A stretch of 64,000 nt of DNA from positions 1-64,000 of the IMG/VR virus record IMGVR_UViG_3300017911_002159. The stretch is one strand, 5' to 3'. The position numbers and the translations under genes were made by a program. This document shows positions 1-8,456 of the stretch, piece by piece (positions within the stretch are counted from its first letter, which is position 1; every line of letters starts with the position of its first letter). The DNA is from a virus (Duplodnaviria > Caudoviricetes). Below the pieces are notes generated by a model. The model was given only the letters and a program-made list of their open reading frames with translations, was not told the DNA's origin and searched no databases.

Positions 1-293
1 ATGCTTATGCTCTAACACCAGAAACAGCATCAAACATGTTAAAGCATCTTGAAGACGTAGGTCTTGTCTACGGTATTGATCATTATCTGTTTTTACATAA
101 TGAGTCTAGAGTTCCTATTTTAGCGGCAGATCCATATCCTGCTATTTGCTGGTCTAGAGAAAGTACAATGGATGACGTGGATGAAGAATCACCTGTGAGA
201 AGGGGTGTTTGGGCAAATCATAATGATAAAAATGTAATCAGTATGACAACGCCCGGTCTTCTAGAGGGTCTGGGCTGTCCGATATATGTCTAG
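1..293 (+). CDS. Glycosyltransferase family 25-like protein, C-terminal part (5' truncated by window edge)
   Basis: The frame is open from the window start and reads AYALTPETASNMLK...GIDHYL, resembling the GT25 'hAYxxxxxxA..L...PiD..l' motifs. Confidence 0.55.
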   Translation, partial: AYALTPETASNMLKHLEDVGLVYGIDHYLFLHNESRVPILAADPYPAICWSRESTMDDVDEESPVRRGVWANHNDKNVISMTTPGLLEGLGCPIYV

Positions 294-765
294 TGGTGGA
301 TCTGCTTCTAAAAGAAAAGGCTCAAGTTTCGAAAGAGAGATTGCTAACGATCTTACAAAAAGGCTTGGGGAAACCTTTATTCGAGTCCCTTATTCTGGAG
401 CTTTTATTGGCGGATCAAATTCCAAGAAAAAAGAAATTCTACATGAAGGTCAGATAAGAACTTTTAAGGGTGATATTATTCCCGGCCCTTCATATTCTAA
501 TTGGAATGTAGAGTGTAAATCATATAAAGATTTTACCTTTCATAGATTATTTTTAGACATACCTATACCTCAACTTGATCAGTGGATCGAGCAACTTATG
601 GAAGTTGCAGATGATGGTGATGTAAACTTACTCTTTATGAAATTTAATAGAAAGGGTAAGTTTGTTTTACACAACCTTAAGGACTTTGATTGTTACGGTA
701 TTGTTTACAAAGATGTTTGGAATTTTACTTCATACGAGAAATTTATAGAAGTTCTTTGCAAGTAG
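286..765 (+). CDS. Holliday junction resolvase (Hjc-like PD-(D/E)XK nuclease)
   Basis: SKRKGSSFEREIA...GDII...VECK motif set typical of phage Hjc-like resolvases. Confidence 0.75.
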   Translation: MSSGGSASKRKGSSFEREIANDLTKRLGETFIRVPYSGAFIGGSNSKKKEILHEGQIRTFKGDIIPGPSYSNWNVECKSYKDFTFHRLFLDIPIPQLDQWIEQLMEVADDGDVNLLFMKFNRKGKFVLHNLKDFDCYGIVYKDVWNFTSYEKFIEVLCK

Positions 766-797
766 TGCAAAAGTTATTCTCTTTATAAGTTATAAAT

Positions 798-846
798 TTT
801 TTACTTCTTTTGCCCTAATTATATGGGTAAACAAAAGGAGTAAAAA
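798..846 (+). promoter_or_regulatory. RBS-sequestering hairpin
   Basis: TTTTTACTTCTTTTG (798-812) pairs over 15 bp (one G-U) with CAAAAGGAGTAAAAA (832-846), which contains the SD of the GTG at 847. Confidence 0.6.
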
Positions 847-1011
847 GTGCTGAACTTCATTAACAATGTATCAAAAAAATTTAAAAGAAGAGATCCTAAT
901 TTTGATCACTACATTCATGTGGAGTTCAAAAAAGATATCTATGCAATGACCAAAGCTGGCTTATCTGAGAAACAAGCTGTGGATCAGATTAAGGGCAGGT
1001 TTTATGTTTAA
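847..1011 (+). CDS. Small hypothetical protein (54 aa, GTG start)
   Basis: Not in the ORF track; AAGGAG SD 6 nt upstream; MLNFINNVSKKFKRRDPNFDHYIHVEFKKD...GRFYV; overlaps the next start. Confidence 0.6.
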   Translation: MLNFINNVSKKFKRRDPNFDHYIHVEFKKDIYAMTKAGLSEKQAVDQIKGRFYV

Positions 1012-1171
1012 AAAAATTGCAGATAGATATTCACGTTTCAGTAAAAATTTTAAGATGACTCCTGAGGAAAGATATCTTTCTAAGAGCACAGATTTAGTTG
1101 ATCTGGAAAACAGACAGAGACAATTAATCTATGGGAGGAAACGTGATGGAGTATCTTTCTTCCATCATTAA
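1004..1171 (+). CDS. DUF3563-like small protein (55 aa)
   Basis: Manual translation MFKKIADRYSRFSKNFKMTPEERYLSKSTDLVDLENRQRQL...; the YL..stDl.DLE.R.R motif is characteristic of DUF3563. Confidence 0.65.
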   Translation: MFKKIADRYSRFSKNFKMTPEERYLSKSTDLVDLENRQRQLIYGRKRDGVSFFHH

Positions 1172-1226
1172 GAACACCTTTATCCCATTACTAATTTTTC
1201 TAGCAATTTTCGAAGGAGTTAAACCC

Positions 1227-1385
1227 ATGAGAGGTTTCAATCAGTGGGCGGAAAGACGTGGCCGTGAAGCTATTATCAGAGAATGGGGTTTGATTGCACC
1301 AGAATCTCGTAGAAACATAGTTGACACTTGGTTACAAGGTGGTAGTATTACTCAGACGGAAGCAAACCGTCTTTTAAAGAAGTAA
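1227..1385 (+). CDS. Small hypothetical protein (52 aa)
   Basis: ORF 1131..1385; AAGGAG SD supports the ATG at 1227 (MRGFNQWAERRG...). Confidence 0.6.
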   Translation: MRGFNQWAERRGREAIIREWGLIAPESRRNIVDTWLQGGSITQTEANRLLKK

Positions 1386-1387
1386 TT

Positions 1388-1464
1388 CCGCCCCTAGCTC
1401 AACTGGATAGAGCAACGGCCTTCTAAGCCGTAGGTTTTAGGTTCGAATCCTAAGGGGCGGGCCA
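1388..1464 (+). tRNA. tRNA-Arg (anticodon TCT)
   Basis: Cloverleaf: CCGCCCC/GGGGCGG acceptor stem, ACGGC-CTTCTAA-GCCGT anticodon arm, GTTCGAATC T-loop, encoded CCA. Confidence 0.95.
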
Positions 1465-1498
1465 CTCTGAGGATTTATATGAATTTATAAGGAATACT

Positions 1499-1930
1499 AT
1501 GTTTTTATACTTTTTAAGTGCCATTGGATTTGGCGCAACTTTTGCCGTTGGTGGATGGGTAGCTTGGGATTGGTACAATAATAGAAATGCCGATGAACAA
1601 GAAGAATCTGTTCCAGTTTTATCATATTATCATGACAATGAAATTTTAGAACACCCTCAAGCCGGAATTAAATATCTAGTAGGCGACGATCAGGGAATAG
1701 ATGCCCAAGAAACTTGGAACGCTGTGTCAGAATGGATCAGAGAAGACGATCCAAACATTTTTACTGGCGAATGGAGTTTGACCGTCACTTCATATAATGA
1801 TAGTGGTGTAATTGAAATTGCTGGTGATGCTTCAACACTCATTCAAGAAAGATATGAGAATGTTGAACTTCCATACGTAGATAATGATAGCAACTTGTAC
1901 TTAGCCACTGTAGATTTGGACTTTTCTTAA
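1499..1930 (+). CDS. Hypothetical protein with N-terminal membrane anchor
   Basis: Hydrophobic N-terminus (MFLYFLSAIGFGATFAVGGWVAWDWY) then an acidic domain; AAGGA SD. Confidence 0.7.
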   Translation: MFLYFLSAIGFGATFAVGGWVAWDWYNNRNADEQEESVPVLSYYHDNEILEHPQAGIKYLVGDDQGIDAQETWNAVSEWIREDDPNIFTGEWSLTVTSYNDSGVIEIAGDASTLIQERYENVELPYVDNDSNLYLATVDLDFS

Positions 1931-2946
1931 TGCATATTGAAATGGAAACAAAATTAGATTATTCTGATGTTCTTTTAAGACCAAAAAGGTCCACATTAGA
2001 ATCAAGAAAAGAAGTTGAGCTTAAAAGAACTTTTGAGTTTCCATATGCAAATTTTAAGATAGATGTAGTTCCAATCATTGCTGCAAACATGGACGGTGTT
2101 GGAACACTAATCATGTCTGAAAAACTGTTATCGTTTGATATGATTACAGCGATTAACAAATCTTATGATATTGAAAAATTGAAGGAATTCGAATCAAAAA
2201 ATGTTTCTATTCTGAATTGTATATCTGTTGGCATACAGGACTCTGATTTTGAAAAAATTGCTAAACTTAGAAAATATTTTCCAATTATCTGCATAGATAC
2301 TCCTAATGGATATATGGAAAAGTTTGTAGATTTTGTAAAAAGAGTACGAGATCTTTGTGGTTCTGAAAATATAATTATATCAGGAAATGTAGTTACTGCT
2401 GATCAAACACAGGAGCTAATCTTAAATGGATCTGATATTGTTAAAGTCGGTATTGGTCCCGGCAGTGTTTGCACTACTAGGATTGTTACTGGTGTGGGAT
2501 ATCCTCAGCTTTCGGCTGTCATTGAATGTGCCGATGCTGCACACGGGCTTAACGGCCACATTGTTGCTGATGGTGGCTGCACTTGTTCTGGTGATGTAGC
2601 AAAGGCATTTGGTGCTGGAGCAGACTTTGTGATGCTTGGTGGAATGCTTGCCGGTCACGATGAGGGTGGCGGCAACATTGTTGATGGTAAAGTTAGTTTC
2701 TATGGAATGAGTTCTACCACCGCTAATCAAAAACATTCGGGTGGGTTAAAGGACTATAGAGCTTCTGAGGGAAGAGAAGTCACTGTTCCATACAGGGGTC
2801 CAGTATCCAAAACTGTTCAGGATATTCTGGGTGGGGTTAGATCAGCCTGTACATATGTCGGTGCAAAGAAACTCAAAGATCTTCCTAAATGTGCCACATT
2901 TGTAAGGGTAAATAACCAGTACAACAAAACTTTTGCTGGAGAGTAA
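1930..2946 (+). CDS. guaC: GMP reductase
   Basis: DVLLRPKRSTL.SR, PIIAANMDGVGT, KVGIGPGSVCTTR, FYGMSS and RASEG motifs of GuaC type 1. Confidence 0.95.
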   Translation: MHIEMETKLDYSDVLLRPKRSTLESRKEVELKRTFEFPYANFKIDVVPIIAANMDGVGTLIMSEKLLSFDMITAINKSYDIEKLKEFESKNVSILNCISVGIQDSDFEKIAKLRKYFPIICIDTPNGYMEKFVDFVKRVRDLCGSENIIISGNVVTADQTQELILNGSDIVKVGIGPGSVCTTRIVTGVGYPQLSAVIECADAAHGLNGHIVADGGCTCSGDVAKAFGAGADFVMLGGMLAGHDEGGGNIVDGKVSFYGMSSTTANQKHSGGLKDYRASEGREVTVPYRGPVSKTVQDILGGVRSACTYVGAKKLKDLPKCATFVRVNNQYNKTFAGE

Positions 2947-2947
2947 A

Positions 2948-3459
2948 ATGAAAAAATATTTGGCTTTAAGTTTGTTTTTTGCTGCTGCTGCGTGTGCATC
3001 TCCAGCATCTGCACAATCTACTTGGGCTACCGTCACATCAGTTTCCCCAAATTGGGTAGACACAATCAAAAACGTACCTGTTGAGCAATGTAGTATTCAG
3101 AGAGTTCCTGTTTATGGACGGGTAAAGGGTAAAGGTGCTAGTGGTCTAGAAATTTTAGGCGGTGCTCTTTTTGGCGGACTGCTTGGTAAAGCTGTAACTG
3201 AAAAAGATGAGGGTGCAGCTATTGGTGGTATTCTTGGTGGTGTAGTAGCCGCAGAAGCTGGACGAGCCGATAAAATTGAAGTAGTTGGTTACGAGAACAA
3301 AAATATTTGTTATACTATTAACAAAGATATTGTAGAGTCTGAAATTATAAGCTATAAAATTGAGTATGAGTGGAATGGCTTTTATGGTCAGACTACAACA
3401 TCTTCGGCCTTTGTTCCCGGTGATGAAATTGAGGTAAGAGTTTCTTTAGTTCCTAAACA

Positions 3460-3469
<10 letters not shown>
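2948..3469 (+). CDS. Exported glycine-zipper 2TM protein (YcfJ/SlyB-like)
   Basis: Signal peptide MKKYLALSLFFAAAACASPASA; GGALFGGLLG...GAAIGGILGGVVA zipper; C-terminal Y..G..tt.....PGD.I.VRV strand. Confidence 0.75.
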
Positions 3470-3535
<66 letters not shown>

Positions 3536-3542
3536 TTTCTAG

Positions 3543-3550
3543 TATAAATA
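3543..3550 (+). promoter_or_regulatory. T4-type late promoter TATAAATA
   Basis: Exact consensus 19 nt upstream of the ATG at 3570; gp55 and gp33 are encoded in the window. Confidence 0.8.
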
Positions 3551-3569
3551 AAGGAAAACGGAGGCTTTA

Positions 3570-3833
3570 ATGTCAAAAGTAATCAAACCTTTATCTACAG
3601 AACTTGCTCTTAGTAGCTCAGTTGGGAACACTGTAAACTCTGCCACTATGGTAAGAGTTGTAAATTTGAGTGCTGGTGATCTTACGATTACTAGGTCTGA
3701 TTCCTCAAATACAAAAATTGGCACATTTTCTATGTTCACAGATAGTGAAGCATACGTAAGAAAAGATGCTACAGACGTACTGTTTGCATCTGGTGCCGGT
3801 GCAAATGCTACGAGCATTGCTATTCTCGATTAA
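3570..3833 (+). CDS. Hypothetical late protein, probably virion-associated
   Basis: Follows a late promoter with GGAGG SD; small beta-rich Ser/Thr/Ala protein. Confidence 0.65.
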   Translation: MSKVIKPLSTELALSSSVGNTVNSATMVRVVNLSAGDLTITRSDSSNTKIGTFSMFTDSEAYVRKDATDVLFASGAGANATSIAILD

Positions 3834-4567
3834 TGGTAGAGTCATTATTCTATCCAACTGATGATACCAAACTCAACATAGCAAGAGGTCTTGTTAGAAA
3901 GACTGATTCACTTTTTAAGTTTGGATATAATTCAGCTGTCGGCACATCATTCGAAACTGTTTGGGATGGTGGAGGGTCTTACTCGTATCCTACAGTAGCC
4001 AATACTGTAGTTGTTACATCAAATGGCGCTGCTAACGATTCTGGAGTAAAGGTAACTGTAACTGGATTAGATGCTAACTATGCAGATCTTTCAGAAGAAG
4101 TAACCTTAAATGCTTCAGGAACAGCTACTACTGGAAATACCTTTATCAGAGTATTCAGATCATTTAACAGCGGTAGTACCGATATGAATTCTACATCAGA
4201 TGATATGGTTCTCACCCATAGCGGAACTACAGTAGCTCAGTTTAATGGCTTCGATCAGCAAACCCTCATGGCTGTATATACAGTACCAGCCGGTAAGACA
4301 TTTTATCTTAAGAGACTAGTAGCTGGATGTGGGACAGAGTTTGTAGCATACAATACTATTGTTCTTAGATCTAGAAAACCTAATGGTGTGTTTAGAACTC
4401 ATAACAAAATCACACTGAGAAATCAGTTCGATGTTCAAGAGTTTGATGTTCCGCTTAAGTTTACAGAAAAAACTGATATAGAAGTTCAGGCGGACAGTTC
4501 AACAGGATCGTCTGAAATCTCAGTTAGCTTTGAAGGCATAATCTACGATGATCCGGAGTATTCATGA
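3833..4567 (+). CDS. Hypothetical late protein, probably virion structural beta-sandwich
   Basis: IARG...FKFGYN..VG...ETVW..GG.Y.YP pattern of a recurrent marine phage protein; coupled to the previous gene. Confidence 0.65.
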   Translation: MVESLFYPTDDTKLNIARGLVRKTDSLFKFGYNSAVGTSFETVWDGGGSYSYPTVANTVVVTSNGAANDSGVKVTVTGLDANYADLSEEVTLNASGTATTGNTFIRVFRSFNSGSTDMNSTSDDMVLTHSGTTVAQFNGFDQQTLMAVYTVPAGKTFYLKRLVAGCGTEFVAYNTIVLRSRKPNGVFRTHNKITLRNQFDVQEFDVPLKFTEKTDIEVQADSSTGSSEISVSFEGIIYDDPEYS

Positions 4568-5211
4568 CATTTTTAGTACACAATCTTCCCCCAACAAATG
4601 TATTTGTAAGAAAAGAATTTTTGTATGATCATGAAAAGGGTCATGGTGAATTAACACCGGGGATCTGGATTTCTGTAAAATCCACACAATACAAAGCTCT
4701 GTATTTTGAGACACTTCTCACAGAGTACGGTGCACTTTATGACAAGCTTCCAATCTCAGCGTTTGTGTGGAAAGAGGATATCAAGCAGCAAGACATGCTT
4801 CCTTTAGACGTTCTACAATTGTGGGATTGTTTTGATTATCATCTAACTGTAATTGAAAAGCCTATTCTTTCTCGATGTGAGTTTTTTGGGAAAGACAAAA
4901 AGATGCATCCGGGTGAATATCAATTTACTATTGATAACTGTCATCCTGATAAGGAAAGAGTAGATATTAATTTTTCTGAGCATGATCCAGAACATAAATC
5001 TTTTAATGTGATAGCTTTAGATAATGGACAGTTTGCAGCGCAGCCTAATAATAGAGTTATCTGGAGAGATAGCTCATTAACACCTGACAACCTAAAACAG
5101 CCAGACTTTAAAGTCTGCACACAAAACTACCGTGTTGAGACAGAGCCTAAATGGTCAGTAGGACATACTGATGAGTGGCAATACAAGACAAGGGAAGAAG
5201 CAAATGGCTGA
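4564..5211 (+). CDS. Conserved marine T4-like phage hypothetical protein
   Basis: FLVHNLPP..V.VRKE.LYD...GHGE, LQLWDCF, EHKSFN...LDNGQFAAQPNNR. Confidence 0.75.
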   Translation: MTFLVHNLPPTNVFVRKEFLYDHEKGHGELTPGIWISVKSTQYKALYFETLLTEYGALYDKLPISAFVWKEDIKQQDMLPLDVLQLWDCFDYHLTVIEKPILSRCEFFGKDKKMHPGEYQFTIDNCHPDKERVDINFSEHDPEHKSFNVIALDNGQFAAQPNNRVIWRDSSLTPDNLKQPDFKVCTQNYRVETEPKWSVGHTDEWQYKTREEANG

Positions 5212-5464
5212 TGATATTTTTGATTTTGGCTTTTCTGCTGTAGATGAGTCAGAGCTTGAATCATTTCAGAAAGCAGCGGCAGAAGCAGAAGAAGCTACAG
5301 CTACAGCATCAACTTATGAAGAGAAACTAAATAGTTTATACAATGCCATTGTACCGTTGTTAACTAATCTTAAAAAGAATCCAGAAAAAGATTATATTTA
5401 CTGGCCTAATAGATTGGAAAGAGTTGAAAAGTTCGAAGATCATATTTCTTCGATTGTTAAATGA
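5204..5464 (+). CDS. Conserved T4-like phage hypothetical protein
   Basis: MADDIFDFGFSAVDE...PLL.NLKKNPEKDYIYWPNR; start chosen at 5204. Confidence 0.7.
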   Translation: MADDIFDFGFSAVDESELESFQKAAAEAEEATATASTYEEKLNSLYNAIVPLLTNLKKNPEKDYIYWPNRLERVEKFEDHISSIVK

Positions 5465-5489
5465 AAAGGGGGCCGAAGCCCCCCTTTTT
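5464..5489. terminator. Bidirectional intrinsic terminator (cUUCGg on the minus strand)
   Basis: AAAA-GGGGGC-CGAA-GCCCCC-C-TTTTT between convergent genes; same hairpin as 55181-55196 in opposite orientation. Confidence 0.9.
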
Positions 5490-5530
5490 GATTTGAAGTG
5501 CATTTTGACGCACCTCAATATTTAGGATTA

Positions 5531-6082
5531 CTAATTTGCTAGAGGGTTGTCAAGAGCTTCTTGTATTTGAGACGATAATCTTTCGTCTAGCTCTTTGATT
5601 TTTCTATCTGTATCAGAATAAAGCTGATCTCTTTTACGGTCATATCGAACATCAGCCTCATCTATCATCTCTCTCACCTCTTTTTCAGAAGCCCTTACAT
5701 CATCTTTTAAACGATCTACAAGATCCTCAACTCTGGTCACGTCTTCCTTTAAATCATTACGTATATCTCTGGCATAATCTGTTGCCTGAAGAACTGCATC
5801 CTCAGTAGCGTTCATTTGCTGCTGCATTACTGAGATTTGTTCTTGAAAGCCTGAAAGATCTGGGGCTACGTAGGATTGAATTTGCTCCTTCATGTCCATG
5901 TAGTCGTTATAAACAGTAAAGGCACCGTAAAGACCACCAATAACTGTTGACACAACACCAAAGGCTGCACCTGCAGTTACAGCAGTAATTTTAACACCAA
6001 GAATTTTAAACTCTTTATTTTTAAGATTCTCAATGCCTTCTTCTAACTGCTCTAATCCTTCCCCCAGATCTTTCTCAGCCAT
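5531..6082 (-). CDS. Membrane-anchored coiled-coil protein
   Basis: TM segment near aa 30-57 followed by about 120 aa of heptad-rich sequence. Confidence 0.75.
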   Translation of the reverse strand: MAEKDLGEGLEQLEEGIENLKNKEFKILGVKITAVTAGAAFGVVSTVIGGLYGAFTVYNDYMDMKEQIQSYVAPDLSGFQEQISVMQQQMNATEDAVLQATDYARDIRNDLKEDVTRVEDLVDRLKDDVRASEKEVREMIDEADVRYDRKRDQLYSDTDRKIKELDERLSSQIQEALDNPLAN

Positions 6083-6412
6083 TTACTTCTTCATCCCTTC
6101 GATGCCTTCTTTGGCATAGAATGCAGCTACGATAGCAGCTACCGATACAAAGTATGTAGGTGCAATATCTTTAAGAAGACCAGATGCTGTCTCTTGTCCT
6201 AAGACAGAGGCGATAATAATAGCAAAAGGATAGAGCAGCATGCCAGCAAGAGCAAACCACGCCATACCTCTTTGAGCATCTTGTTTCTTGTCGTCATTTT
6301 CAATCTGAAGCATTCTTTCAGCTTTTGCCATTTCTTCATCTGTTACGATTCCGTCTCCGTCTTCGTCAAACTGATTGTAGATCGAATCTTTTTGTAATGT
6401 CTTAGCTGCCAT
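6083..6412 (-). CDS. EF-hand-like two-TM membrane protein (holin-like topology)
   Basis: DEDGDGIVTDEE Ca-binding-type loop, then two hydrophobic helices. Confidence 0.65.
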   Translation of the reverse strand: MAAKTLQKDSIYNQFDEDGDGIVTDEEMAKAERMLQIENDDKKQDAQRGMAWFALAGMLLYPFAIIIASVLGQETASGLLKDIAPTYFVSVAAIVAAFYAKEGIEGMKK

Positions 6413-6854
6413 CTTCTTCCTCCGTAAGTGTGACTATACCTTTATTGATTAATCTTTCACGGTTCATTTGATGTAATACTTCAATATCTTCCTTACTTTT
6501 ACCGAAGTAAGGAACAGCAAAACCTTCTTCAATCAACATTTCAGAAACACGATTTTCTTCGATGATGAAGTCACCAAGTATTCTGCCAAATTTGCCTTTT
6601 TTGTCTTCACCACTTTTATCAATTTCAGTTTTTAGAATTTGAATAGATCCAACAGGCAAAAGTTCTTTAAGTCTATCCTTACTAGCTAGACCAAAAACTT
6701 TTTCAACTTTGTCTCTTGTTCTGGATTCAGGAGTATCAATACCAATAATCCTGACTCTTTCTTTGTGCATCCACATGCCGAAACCTAAATCAATATCAAT
6801 ATCAACTGTGTCACCATCCACCACACGTAATATTTTTGATTTATATTCGTACAT
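6402..6854 (-). CDS. Thermonuclease (SNase-like)
   Basis: RVVDGDTVD.DIDLGF, RVRIIGIDTPESR and GKFGRILG motifs. Confidence 0.9.
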   Translation of the reverse strand: MYEYKSKILRVVDGDTVDIDIDLGFGMWMHKERVRIIGIDTPESRTRDKVEKVFGLASKDRLKELLPVGSIQILKTEIDKSGEDKKGKFGRILGDFIIEENRVSEMLIEEGFAVPYFGKSKEDIEVLHQMNRERLINKGIVTLTEEEDGS

Positions 6855-6855
6855 T

Positions 6856-7077
6856 TTAGCCGCCGATGCTGCCGAATGCAGACGTTAGTTGAGGCCCGAA
6901 TTGTGCTGCTGCCCAAAGCATTACACCAATGGCACCGACACCAATAAGAACCCACTTCATTTTCATATCATCGACAACCATTTTGATGCCGATTAATTCA
7001 TTGCTTAAAATTCTTAAAGACAATTCCATCTTGCCTTCTGGCATGTCCACAATTTCATTTTGATTTTCTTCTGCCAT
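6856..7077 (-). CDS. Small single-TM protein
   Basis: KMELSLRILSNELIG followed by hydrophobic WVLIGVGAIGVMLWAAA; AGGAG SD. Confidence 0.7.
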   Translation of the reverse strand: MAEENQNEIVDMPEGKMELSLRILSNELIGIKMVVDDMKMKWVLIGVGAIGVMLWAAAQFGPQLTSAFGSIGG

Positions 7078-7146
7078 TTTCTTTCTCCTTTTTCATAAGT
7101 CTACCCTGCATCACTATTCTCAATAGATATAATCTCATTAATTTTT

Positions 7147-7560
7147 TCATTGTGGGTAGAATTGTAGTTGTCTTAGTTGTTGTATTTCTTGCTCAAGTCT
7201 CATCACCTCAAGTTGCTTTTTTCTAAGCTCTAATTCATATAATCTATTACAATCTATTCTTGATTTAGGCTTTTGACCCAAGGGGATGGTGATACGAGCA
7301 AAAACACCCACATCCCCTGTTCTTGTAAAATCGTGGTTGTTGTCTATTATACCTGTCACACCAAATTCTAAATTTGTTGCAGATCCAATTGCATTAGAAC
7401 AATCAAGATCACCAGCTTTAAAACTATCAGATTGGTAGTTTCCGGGAGCTGCAGGTAAAGAAAGGTTTAAGGAGCTTGATTGGCCAAAGGCTGGAACAGT
7501 CAACATAATAATTATCCAAAATAGCACCATTGCCATTGTGATAAGTCTTTGTTTTTGCAT
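7147..7560 (-). CDS. Exported protein with two Cys and a C-terminal coiled coil
   Basis: Signal peptide ending PAFG; YQSD.F.AGDLDCSNAIG, ARITIPLG, RIDCN.LYELEL; start inferred at MQKQRL. Confidence 0.7.
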   Translation of the reverse strand: MQKQRLITMAMVLFWIIIMLTVPAFGQSSSLNLSLPAAPGNYQSDSFKAGDLDCSNAIGSATNLEFGVTGIIDNNHDFTRTGDVGVFARITIPLGQKPKSRIDCNRLYELELRKKQLEVMRLEQEIQQLRQLQFYPQ

Positions 7561-7565
7561 TAAGA

Positions 7566-7940
7566 TTATACCTTGGAGCATATTCTAGTATTCACTCCCG
7601 AAGATATATCTGTGTTAACTAAGAGCCGAGATGTAGTGCAGATGTATTCTATTCTGTCACAATCTTTTTCTCTGATATAAATTTTGATATTTTTTTGTTC
7701 AAGATAGCTTACATTTACTAATTTTTCCGTGGAAGCAAACGGGACAGGCCTCCAGTCTTCGTCAAACACTTCGATTTCGTAGAATTCAGAATCTTTTCTT
7801 TTGTTGAAAATCTTCATTGTGGTCACAACAATGTCGTCTAAGAATGAAGGTTCAAACTTAGGATAAGTTGGTGTCCACTCATGAGCTTTAGCTGTGGCGG
7901 AAAACAAAAATGCCGCCACAACCAACATGTAACGTATCAT
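7566..7940 (-). CDS. Exported Ig-fold protein, pilus-chaperone-like
   Basis: Signal peptide ending AKA|HEWTPTYP; 'MKIFNKRKDSEFYEIEVFD' resembles PapD-N strands; Cys pair near the C-terminus. Confidence 0.5.
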   Translation of the reverse strand: MIRYMLVVAAFLFSATAKAHEWTPTYPKFEPSFLDDIVVTTMKIFNKRKDSEFYEIEVFDEDWRPVPFASTEKLVNVSYLEQKNIKIYIREKDCDRIEYICTTSRLLVNTDISSGVNTRICSKV

Positions 7941-8437
7941 CAGTTGGCAATACATTCTGCTGTTACGTTAGCTACGTAGTTTCCTCCGGGGAAAGATTTT
8001 TCATATCCGTAAGAAACACTAGAGTCTACTTCAAACCATGTAGATCCAGCTACACTTAGATCATATTCCGTAACGTTATCATATTCTACCTTAGCAGCCT
8101 CGTATCCGGCCATACCTGTATCGGATGTAGAAGAAACTGTGACTTCCCCGTCCCAACTCAATGCATCAGAAAGAGAAGGCGAACTAGCAAATTCGTTTGG
8201 CCAAGAAATCTTGGCTGTATAATAGTCTGCAACGGTTACGTCATATCTAACAATTGGATCAATACCACCGTCTGCACTATCAGTGCTTAATTGGTCTGGT
8301 GTTGGGTTTCCGTAAACTCCAGCCACATCTGTATAGACTGTGCATTTAGAAGAAACGTTTCCTGAAATCGGAACACTTTCTGCAAATGCAGGGCTCGCTA
8401 CAAACAAGGTCAGAGCTGTTGAGATTATTTTTAACAT
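7940..8437 (-). CDS. Exported fimbrial-subunit-like protein
   Basis: Signal peptide ending AFA; N-terminal 'ISGNVSSKC' and C-terminal 'GGNYVANVTAEC' strand resemble chaperone-usher/Csu pilin termini. Confidence 0.55.
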   Translation of the reverse strand: MLKIISTALTLFVASPAFAESVPISGNVSSKCTVYTDVAGVYGNPTPDQLSTDSADGGIDPIVRYDVTVADYYTAKISWPNEFASSPSLSDALSWDGEVTVSSTSDTGMAGYEAAKVEYDNVTEYDLSVAGSTWFEVDSSVSYGYEKSFPGGNYVANVTAECIAN

Positions 8438-8456
8438 TTTTTTCTCCGTATGTTTC

